A stretch of DNA of 49,168 bases, from positions 1 to 49,168 of the forward strand of contig QHXZ01000008.1 in the NCBI GenBank assembly GCA_003223165.1, read 5' to 3'. The notes beneath the pieces are model-generated. The model saw only the letters and a program-made list of their open reading frames with translations, searched no databases and had not been told where the DNA came from. The position numbers and the translations under genes are program-made. Positions 21,980-28,729 of this stretch are shown one piece after another; within the stretch, counting starts at the first letter, position 1, and each line of letters opens with the position of its first letter. This DNA comes from Acidobacteriota bacterium. Lineage in GTDB: Bacteria > Acidobacteriota > Polarisedimenticolia > Gp22-AA2.

Positions 21980-23155
21980 ATGGTGATCGTCGATCACGAC
22001 TCCCCCTCGCGGGGCCTCCTGCGGGAGCGGATCGCCGCCGTCTGCCCTCCCGAGATCGAGGTCCTCGCCGCCTCGAGCGCGGAAGAGGGGCTGGGCATCC
22101 TCTACACGCTGCGCGACCAGGGCCGGGCCATCGAGCTGGTGATCGCCCGGCAGTCGATGCCCGGGATAACCGGGGTGCGCTTCCTGGAGATCGTGAGCGC
22201 CCAGTTCCCGGCGCTCGGCAAGATCCTGCTCTCCGACCGCCCCAGCCTCGACGAGGCGATCTACGCCTTCAACAACACCGGGCTCGACAAGTACATCCCG
22301 ACCCCCTGGGACAGCGAGGACGTGAAGTTCACCATCACCTCTCTCCTGCGCCAGCGGGAGATGAAGCGCCTCAACGAGAGGCTGCTGGCCGACCTGCAGG
22401 TGCGCAACCAGCAGCTCAGCGTCGCGAACCAGGACCTGCTGCAGGCGCGCAGGGACCTGGAGACCTCCTACATCCAGACTGTCGAGTCCCTGGCCGTGGC
22501 CCTGGAAGCCAAGGACCGCTATACCGCCGGCCATTCACAGCGCGTGGCCCGCTTCGCGCTGCTCATCGGGCGCTCCCTCGGCCTGCCGAAGGATGATGTC
22601 GAGATCATCGGCCAGGTCGCCCTCCTGCACGACATCGGCAAGATCGGCATGCTGGACAAGATCCTCAACAAACCCTCGAACCTCAGCCCCGAGGAGCGCG
22701 AGACGATCAAGGGCCACCCGGTCCTGGGGGCGCAGATCCTGGCCCCGGTGCGCACGTTCGAGAAGCACGTGGCCGGCATCAAGCACCATCACGAGATGTT
22801 CGACGGCACCGGCTACCCCGACGGCCTGAAGGGGAAGGACATCCCGATCGCCGCCCGCATCGTCTGCCTGGCGGACGCCTTCGACGCCATGACCTCGACG
22901 CGGCCCTACCGCGTCGGGCTGCCGCTCGAGTTCGCCATCAAGGAGATGCACAAGATGGCCGGCCGGCAATTCTGCCCGGAGTGCGTCGACGCGTTCGTGC
23001 GCGTGCTGCAGACCAGCGGGGCCAAGGACGCCGCCCTCCCATCGTCCGGCGCGGCCGGGGACCCGCCGCGCGCGGCACCGACCACCGTCGCCTCCGAGGT
23101 CCCCCCGGAGGCGGCCCAGCCGGCCCCCTCCGACCGGGAGCGCGGCGCCGCCTAG
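21980..23155 (+). CDS. RpfG-like protein: degenerate receiver (REC) domain plus HD-GYP c-di-GMP phosphodiesterase domain
   Basis: ATG 21980 gives MVIVDHDSPS... with a REC-like fold. The HD-GYP domain is ...YTAGHSQRVA...LLHDIGKIG...HHEMFDGTGYPDGL...ADAFDAMTSTRPYR. Confidence 0.85.
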   Translation: MVIVDHDSPSRGLLRERIAAVCPPEIEVLAASSAEEGLGILYTLRDQGRAIELVIARQSMPGITGVRFLEIVSAQFPALGKILLSDRPSLDEAIYAFNNTGLDKYIPTPWDSEDVKFTITSLLRQREMKRLNERLLADLQVRNQQLSVANQDLLQARRDLETSYIQTVESLAVALEAKDRYTAGHSQRVARFALLIGRSLGLPKDDVEIIGQVALLHDIGKIGMLDKILNKPSNLSPEERETIKGHPVLGAQILAPVRTFEKHVAGIKHHHEMFDGTGYPDGLKGKDIPIAARIVCLADAFDAMTSTRPYRVGLPLEFAIKEMHKMAGRQFCPECVDAFVRVLQTSGAKDAALPSSGAAGDPPRAAPTTVASEVPPEAAQPAPSDRERGAA

Positions 23156-23179
23156 GCGCCCGTCCGGCCCCGACGATCC

Positions 23180-23208
23180 TTGACTTCGCCGCGCGCGTGG
23201 AGTACGAT
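23180..23208 (+). promoter_or_regulatory. Near-consensus sigma70 promoter upstream of the RHH ORF and nadA
   Basis: TTGACT (23180-23185), exactly 17 nt, then TACGAT (23203-23208). Confidence 0.6.
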
Positions 23209-23220
23209 GATGTTCGGTTG

Positions 23221-23239
23221 CTATATAAGTATTGTATAG
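23221..23239. promoter_or_regulatory. AT-rich 19-bp imperfect palindrome (candidate operator) in the 5' leader
   Basis: The sequence is ctatataag-t-attgtatag, with 7 of 9 arm positions complementary. It is the most AT-rich patch of the region, between the -10 box and the SD of the RHH ORF. Confidence 0.4.
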
Positions 23240-23263
23240 TTCGAGCCGGCGCGGAGCCAGAGA

Positions 23264-23467
23264 ATGAGCAAGATCATCCGCACCTTCACGGCGACCAGCC
23301 AGGACCTGGAGATGCTCCAGGCGGTCTCCCGCTATCACGGATTCTCGAAGAGCGCCACCATCACCTCGCTGATCAAGAAGGAGTTCTGGAGGGTGTTCCC
23401 GCGCGGGAACCGCGCGGTGCGGCCGGATCGCGGGGCGCGGATCGTGGAGAGAGACCATGAGCGCTGA
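23264..23467 (+). CDS. Small (67 aa) ribbon-helix-helix-like protein, function unknown
   Basis: MSKIIRTFTATSQDLEMLQAVSRYHGFSKSATITSLIKKEF... fits a beta-strand/helix/helix RHH pattern. Third codon positions are strongly G/C. GGAG lies 9-10 nt upstream. The 3' end overlaps the nadA start by 11 nt. Confidence 0.55.
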   Translation: MSKIIRTFTATSQDLEMLQAVSRYHGFSKSATITSLIKKEFWRVFPRGNRAVRPDRGARIVERDHER

Positions 23468-24464
23468 GGCCGGGATCGCCGCGGACCAGCAGACGTACGT
23501 GCCGGAGCCCTGGCGCCTCCGGGATCCGCAGGCGGTCGCGGGCCGGATCGCGGCGATCCGGGCGCTGGCCCGGGAGAAGAACGCCATCCTCCTGGCTCAT
23601 AACTACCAGCTCCCGGAGGTGCAGGAGGCCGCCGACTTCGTGGGCGACTCGCTCGGCCTGGCGCTCGAAGCGCGCACGGCCGGCGCGGGGACGATCGTCT
23701 TCTGCGGCGTGCACTTCATGGCCGAGTCGGCCAAGATCCTGAATCCGGAGAAGACCGTCCTGCTGCCGAGCCTGTCGGCCGGCTGCGCGCTCGCCGACTC
23801 CATCACCGCCGAGTCGCTGCTGGCCTGGAAGGCGCGCTACCCGGAGCACACCGTGGTCACCTACATCAACAGCAGCGCCGAGGTGAAGGCCTTGTCGGAC
23901 ATCTGCTGCACCTCGGCCAACGCGGTGTCGGTGGTCCGGAGCCTGCCTTCGCGGAGGATCCTGTTCACCCCCGACCGGAACCTGGGGCGCTGGGTCGCCC
24001 GCCAGGTTCCCGAGAAGGACATCGTCGTCTACGACGGCGCCTGCCCGACGCACGACGTGCTCCGCGACCCGAGCCTCGCGCTCGTCAAGCGGGACCGGCC
24101 CGGGGCGATCGTCATCGCCCACCCGGAGTGCCGCGAGGACGTCCTGGCCCTGGCGGACGAGGTTTGCTCGACCTCGGGCATGGTGTCGGCGGTGCAGCGC
24201 CACCCGGAGGCGCGCACCTTCATCATCGCCACCGAATGGGCGCTCATCCACCAACTGAAGAAGCGTTTCCCGGGGAAGGAGTTCATCCCCGCGGACGGCT
24301 GCATCGGCTGCCGCCTGCACTGCCCCTACATGAAGATGAACGACCTCGATGCCGTGCGGCGCTCACTCCTCGAAGGGGTGTTCGAGATCACCGTGGATGC
24401 CGACGACGCACGCGGCGCCCGCCGGGCCCTCGAGCGGATGATGGCGGTCCCGCGCGACCACTGA
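23457..24464 (+). CDS. nadA: Quinolinate synthase A
   Basis: It contains ...NAILLAHNYQLPEVQEAADFVGDSLGLA...VHFMAESAKIL...CPTHD...CPYMKMN, which is NadA with [4Fe-4S] Cys ligands. Confidence 0.93.
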   Translation: MSAEAGIAADQQTYVPEPWRLRDPQAVAGRIAAIRALAREKNAILLAHNYQLPEVQEAADFVGDSLGLALEARTAGAGTIVFCGVHFMAESAKILNPEKTVLLPSLSAGCALADSITAESLLAWKARYPEHTVVTYINSSAEVKALSDICCTSANAVSVVRSLPSRRILFTPDRNLGRWVARQVPEKDIVVYDGACPTHDVLRDPSLALVKRDRPGAIVIAHPECREDVLALADEVCSTSGMVSAVQRHPEARTFIIATEWALIHQLKKRFPGKEFIPADGCIGCRLHCPYMKMNDLDAVRRSLLEGVFEITVDADDARGARRALERMMAVPRDH

Positions 24465-24470
24465 ACCTCC

Positions 24471-24675
24471 GCACTCAGCGAAGGATCTCCGGAGCGAAGC
24501 GTCGCGCCCTGCCCTCGCCGGGCACCGGGTCCGGCTCGCTGCGCGAGCCTCCCCTCCGCTTCGCCTCGCGCCGCCCGCCGCGCTGTGAATCGCGCGTCGG
24601 GTCCCCGGCGCGAGGTCTCAGAGGGCCCGGCGAGGGCAGGGCGCGACGCTTCGCTCCGGGGGTCCTTCGAAGTGC
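24471..24675. repeat. Long-stem palindromic element, copy 1
   Basis: Arms 24489-24523 and 24625-24659 are perfect 35-nt reverse complements (ccggagcgaagcgtcgcgccctgccctcgccgggc). The interior is ~101 nt. Imperfect pairing continues out to 24471 and 24675. Confidence 0.85.
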
Positions 24676-24852
24676 GATGCGTTCCCTTGGTCATAACGTC
24701 GCCGCACGAGCGCGGAGGCATGCTCGGAGATGACGGGTGGGGCAGACCGCGCCGCGCGGTGTACCCGCCCCATCACCTTCGAGGACCCTTCCGTCCGGCC
24801 CCGACGATGTCCTGTCCGGCAGCGGTTTCTCCTCTCGGTGCTGGGATGAACC

Positions 24853-25047
24853 CGTGAGGGGTGCCGGGAGTGAAGCGCCGCGCCTTGCTGTCGCCGGGCC
24901 CTCCGAGACCGAGCGACCGGGTCCCGCCGCGCGGTCCCCAGCGCGGTGGGGGGAGCGAGGCGAGGCGGAGGGGAGGCTCGCGCAGCGAGCCGGACCCGGT
25001 GCCCGGCGACAGCAAGGCGCGGCGCTTCACTCCAGGAAGCCTTCACT
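24853..25047. repeat. Long-stem palindromic element, copy 2 (inverted relative to copy 1)
   Basis: Arms 24867-24899 and 25001-25033 are perfect 33-nt reverse complements (ggagtgaagcgccgcgccttgctgtcgccgggc). The interior is the reverse complement of the copy 1 interior, including an identical 36-nt stretch accgggtccggctcgctgcgcgagcctcccctccgc. Confidence 0.85.
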
Positions 25048-25109
25048 GTGTCGTGGCGGCGCCGGGTCGGGGCACGATCGCGGGACAGGGCTCCGTCACC
25101 GACGCGCGG

Positions 25110-25138
25110 TTGACTCCTCGCGGACCGCGCCCTATAAT
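25110..25138 (+). promoter_or_regulatory. Consensus sigma70 promoter for the sensor-HAMP-HD-GYP operon
   Basis: TTGACT (25110-25115), exactly 17 nt, then TATAAT (25133-25138). Confidence 0.65.
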
Positions 25139-25214
25139 CCCCGCGCTCACTGGTCGTGTCCCACCTTCCTGGTTTCCGGCGCGCGTTTCCGAGGCAGGTG
25201 CACCCGGCCCCACG

Positions 25215-26969
25215 ATGAACGCCAACGCCCCAGCCACCAGACCCGGCGCCACGCAGCGCCCCCCGCGGGGCAAGATCGTCTACTGGTTCCTCCTGGTCCT
25301 CGGCGCCATGGGCCTCCTCCCCTTGGGACTCTCGGCCTACAAGCTGATCGGCACCAACCGCGAGGCGCTGGTCACCTCGCAGCAGGAAGTGCAGCTGCAG
25401 ATCGCCGCCTCGGTGGTGCGGCAGCTCGACGCCTCGATCGACGGCATCAGGGCCCAGGTCTCGCGCCTGGCCGAGACGATCGCGGCGCTCTCCAAGGGAG
25501 GCGGGGACCTGTCGCGCACCCTCGCCGATCGCCGGCTGATGGACAGGCTCCTTGGCCCCGATTTCCTGCTGGTGCGCTACACGCCGCGCGGCGGAGCCCC
25601 TCTCGAAGGGCGCCAGGCGGGCTTCCCGCCCTCGCCCGACGTCGAGGCCGCGATCCGCGCCACGGTGAAGGGTGCCCAGGAAGGCGAGGCGCCGGTGAGC
25701 GACCCTGTTCCGCTGCGCGCCAAGGGCGTCCTGCGCTCGGTCCTGGCGATCAGCGTCCCGGTGGGCACCGACCGTCCGGCCGCCGGCGTGCTCACGGGCG
25801 TCGTCGACTTCACCACCCTCTGGGACCCGGTGGTCGGCGGGCGGCGCGCGGCCTACCTGATCTACGCCCTCGACCGGCTGGGGAACCTGTTCGCCGCCCA
25901 GGACGACGACGGGATCCTGGCACACAGCGACTACCAGCGGGTCGTGGAGGAGTTCCGCAAGGCGGGCGGCTACTCCGCCCTCACCTCCGAGATCGTCCTG
26001 ACCGTGAACCGCCATCCGGTGGAATACATCGCCTCGTTCGACACCACCCGGCAGGGCTGGGGCGTGTTCGTCCAGCTCGAGAAGAAGCAGGCCTACGCCT
26101 CCGTCAGCCAGATGATCCAGACGACCGCCCTCTGGGCCGGCGTGGCGATGGCGCTGGCGCTGGTGCTGGCCTACCTGCTGGCCAACACCATCACCCGGCC
26201 GATCAAGGCATTGGCCGCCGGGACCGAGGCGTTCGCGCGCGGGGAGTTCGATCAGCGCGTGCAAGTCGGAAGCCGCAACGAGCTGGGCGCCCTGGCCGAG
26301 ACCTTCAACACCATGGCCAAACAGATCCAGGACTACATCCAGCGCGTGCGCGCCGCCGCGCAGCTCAACAACGAGCTGTTCATGGGGACGATCAAGGCCC
26401 TCGCGGAGGCGATCGACGAGAAGGACCCCTACACGCGCGGCCACTCCGAGAGAGTCAACCACTACGCCATCATCCTCGCCAAGCAGATGGGACTCAGCAC
26501 CGAGGAGATCCGCCGGGTCCACATCGCCTCGCTCTTCCACGACATCGGCAAGATCGGCATCGAGGACAAGATCCTGCGCAAGCCCGCAGCGCTCACCGAC
26601 GAGGAGTACACCGTCATGAAGCAGCATCCCGAGAAGGGCGCCCAGATGCTGTCCCAGATCAAGGCGATGAAGGACATCATCCCCGGCATGCGCTTCCACC
26701 ACGAGCGCTGGGACGGCACCGGCTACCCGCTGCGCCTGAGGGGGGAGCAGATCCCTCTGGCGGCGCGCATCGTGTCGGTCGCGGACGCCTTCGACGCCAT
26801 GACCACCAACCGGCCCTACCAGCGGGCCATGTCGTTCGACAAGGCGATCGCCCGTCTGCACGAGCTGTCGGACCGGGCCTTCGACCGGAAGGTCGTGGCC
26901 GCCTTCGCGGAGGCGTTCAGGCAGGGGGTCTTCAAGGAGCCCCAGGCGCTGGTGGCGGAGGAGCAGTGA
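25215..26969 (+). CDS. Membrane sensor protein: periplasmic (Cache-like) domain, HAMP domain and HD-GYP c-di-GMP phosphodiesterase domain
   Basis: ATG 25215 gives MNANAP...IVYWFLLVLGAMGLLPLGL (TM1) and a second TM, ALWAGVAMALALVLAYLL. HAMP is ITRPIKALAAGTEAFARGEF. HD-GYP is YTRGHSERV...LFHDIGKIG...HHERWDGTGYP...ADAFDAMTTNRPYQ. The part of the ORF upstream of 25215 runs through repeat copy 2 and the promoter and was discarded. Confidence 0.85.
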   Translation: MNANAPATRPGATQRPPRGKIVYWFLLVLGAMGLLPLGLSAYKLIGTNREALVTSQQEVQLQIAASVVRQLDASIDGIRAQVSRLAETIAALSKGGGDLSRTLADRRLMDRLLGPDFLLVRYTPRGGAPLEGRQAGFPPSPDVEAAIRATVKGAQEGEAPVSDPVPLRAKGVLRSVLAISVPVGTDRPAAGVLTGVVDFTTLWDPVVGGRRAAYLIYALDRLGNLFAAQDDDGILAHSDYQRVVEEFRKAGGYSALTSEIVLTVNRHPVEYIASFDTTRQGWGVFVQLEKKQAYASVSQMIQTTALWAGVAMALALVLAYLLANTITRPIKALAAGTEAFARGEFDQRVQVGSRNELGALAETFNTMAKQIQDYIQRVRAAAQLNNELFMGTIKALAEAIDEKDPYTRGHSERVNHYAIILAKQMGLSTEEIRRVHIASLFHDIGKIGIEDKILRKPAALTDEEYTVMKQHPEKGAQMLSQIKAMKDIIPGMRFHHERWDGTGYPLRLRGEQIPLAARIVSVADAFDAMTTNRPYQRAMSFDKAIARLHELSDRAFDRKVVAAFAEAFRQGVFKEPQALVAEEQ

Positions 26970-27649
26970 TGCGCGAGCATCGCGCCGTGATCTTCGACCT
27001 GGACGGCACCCTGACCCCCGTCCGCAGCGTCTGGCGGCACCTGCACGAGGCGCTCGGGATGTGGGAGGGCGAGGCGCGGCGGCACCAGGAGGCCTTCGAG
27101 CAGGGTGCCATCGACTACGAGGAGTTCTGCGCGCGGGACGCGGCGCACTGGAAGGGGATGGACGAGGCGGACCTGAGGTCGATCACCGACCGCATCCCGT
27201 ACCGGCCCGGCGTGAGGGAGTGCGTCGCGGCCCTGCAGCACGGCGGGCTCTACGTCGGCCTCGTGTCCACCGGGCTCACCCTCCTGCTCGAGAGGGTGCA
27301 CGCCGAGCTCGGCCTCGCCTATGCCATCGCCAACCGCCTGGTGAGCAAGCGCGGGCGGCTCACAGGTGAGGTGAAGGTGAACGTGGTGCACGACCGGAAG
27401 GGGGAGGCGGTCGATCTCTTCTGCGGCCAGTTCGGCATCGACCACCGCGACGTGATCACGGTGGGGGACAGCGACGGCGACATCTCGATGTTCGAACGCT
27501 CGGGTTTCTCGATCGCCTTCAACCCCGCGAGCCCCGCGACCGCCCGGGCGGCGACCGTGGCGCACACGGGAGAATCGCTGCTCGAGCTGCTGCCGCTCCT
27601 GCCGCTCGGCCCGCCGGCGCCCGAGACGGGAGCAAGGAGGATCGAATGA
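26969..27649 (+). CDS. HAD-superfamily hydrolase (subfamily IB, phosphoserine-phosphatase-like)
   Basis: Motif I is VIFDLDGTLT and motif II is VSTG. The sequence also has K...GDSDGD. ATGA overlap with the upstream stop. Confidence 0.75.
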   Translation: MREHRAVIFDLDGTLTPVRSVWRHLHEALGMWEGEARRHQEAFEQGAIDYEEFCARDAAHWKGMDEADLRSITDRIPYRPGVRECVAALQHGGLYVGLVSTGLTLLLERVHAELGLAYAIANRLVSKRGRLTGEVKVNVVHDRKGEAVDLFCGQFGIDHRDVITVGDSDGDISMFERSGFSIAFNPASPATARAATVAHTGESLLELLPLLPLGPPAPETGARRIE

Positions 27650-28023
27650 GCGACGCGGGTCAGGGCGGCCTCGATCGGGGCGCTGTGAAATGGGCGCTGA
27701 AGGAGGCGCTCGACGAGCTGCTGGCGCTGGGCGATGCGCCCATCGCGGCGCGCTTCGAAGGCGGGACGATCGTCCTGCGCCCCGGCAAGGGCGACACGCA
27801 GGAGAAGTCGATCCCGATCGAGGTCTTCTTCCACAAGATCACCATGGCGCGCGATCGCCTGCGGGTCCTGGAGCAGAAGATCAACAGCCACCCCAGGCTG
27901 AGCGACGCCGAGAAGGTCGAGATGCAGCAGTACGTCACGCGCGTCTACGGGTCGCTCACGTCGTTCAACGTCCTGTTCAAGGACAAGGACGACTGGTTCG
28001 TGGGCGCCCGCGGCGGCGACTAG
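27646..28023 (+). CDS. Hypothetical protein (125 aa), no family recognised
   Basis: ATGA overlap with the HAD gene. G/C is strong at third positions. The sequence is MSDAGQGGLDRGAVKWALKEALDELL...FFHKITMARDRLRVLEQKINSHPRLSDAEKVEMQQYVTRVYGSL. Confidence 0.6.
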   Translation: MSDAGQGGLDRGAVKWALKEALDELLALGDAPIAARFEGGTIVLRPGKGDTQEKSIPIEVFFHKITMARDRLRVLEQKINSHPRLSDAEKVEMQQYVTRVYGSLTSFNVLFKDKDDWFVGARGGD

Positions 28024-28065
28024 GGTCCCCCGCGAGCGGCCGCCCGCGGCGCCTTCCGAACCCCC

Positions 28066-28094
28066 TTGACGTTCGCCCTCTTTTCGCCTAGCCT
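28066..28094 (+). promoter_or_regulatory. Putative lexA promoter
   Basis: TTGACG (28066-28071), 17 nt, then TAGCCT (28089-28094). An inverted repeat CGAAC-N9-GTTCG (28057-28075) overlaps the -35 box. Confidence 0.4.
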
Positions 28095-28114
28095 AGCCTT
28101 GGCCCGGGGCGAGC

Positions 28115-28720
28115 ATGCATCCAACCAAGCGGCAGAAAGAGATCCTCGACCAGATCCAGTCGTTCATCGCCGAGAAGGGGTACGCCCCGAGCCTGAAGGA
28201 AATCGCCCGGCGCTGCGGCCTCTCCTCCGTGGCGACGGTCCACAAGCACCTGGCGCTGATGCAGGAGCGGGGCCTGCTGCGCCGGCAGAAGAGCCGCCGC
28301 CGCGGCATCGAGCTGACCCCGGCGCCGGCGGTGGCCCAGGCGGTCGAGGTGCCGCTCCTGGGCACCATCGCCGCCGGCCGGCCGATCGAGGCGGTGACGG
28401 ACGAGTCGAAGGTGGCGCTGCCGCGCGACATGGTGCGCAAGGGAAGCACCTACGTCCTGCGCGTGCGCGGCGATTCGATGCGCGATGAGCAGATCAGGGA
28501 CGGCGACTACGTCGTGGTCGAGGACCGCAAGGAGGCGCGCGACGGCGAGGTGGTCGTCGCGCTCATCGACGGCCGCGACGCAACCCTCAAGACCCTGCAC
28601 CGCGAAGCCGGCCGTATCCGCCTGCAGCCGGCCAACCCCTCGATGAAACCGATCTACGTGCGGCCCGGCGACCTGCGCATCCAGGGGGTCGTCACCGGGC
28701 TCATCCGGCGGTTCGACTAG
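28115..28720 (+). CDS. lexA: LexA repressor
   Basis: The N-terminal wHTH is ...KRQKEILDQIQSFIAEKGYAPSLKEIARRCGLSSVATVHKHL. The cleavage region is ...VPLLGTIAAGRPIEA. The S24 peptidase part is ...VRGDSMRD...VVALIDGRDATLK. Confidence 0.95.
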   Translation: MHPTKRQKEILDQIQSFIAEKGYAPSLKEIARRCGLSSVATVHKHLALMQERGLLRRQKSRRRGIELTPAPAVAQAVEVPLLGTIAAGRPIEAVTDESKVALPRDMVRKGSTYVLRVRGDSMRDEQIRDGDYVVVEDRKEARDGEVVVALIDGRDATLKTLHREAGRIRLQPANPSMKPIYVRPGDLRIQGVVTGLIRRFD

Positions 28721-28729
28721 ACAGCCCGC

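Noticed and set aside
24471-24675. Palindromic element copy 1 as a simple intrinsic terminator for nadA.
   Set aside because: A 35-bp stem with a ~100-nt interior and no 3' U-tract is not a canonical intrinsic terminator. It may still block transcription, but the second inverted copy argues that this is a repeat family and not a dedicated terminator.
24585-24857. A 90-aa ORF between the two palindromic elements.
   Set aside because: It has no SD and an Arg/Gly/Pro-rich product. It starts inside copy 1 of the repeat and shows no coding-like features beyond the GC-driven lack of stops.
24618-26861. A 747-aa minus-strand ORF and the 5' parts of the 970-aa (24737) and 702-aa (24861) plus-strand ORFs.
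   Set aside because: These frames run through the palindromic repeats and the TTGACT-17-TATAAT promoter. The recognisable proteins begin at 25215 (sensor-HD-GYP) and 26969 (HAD).
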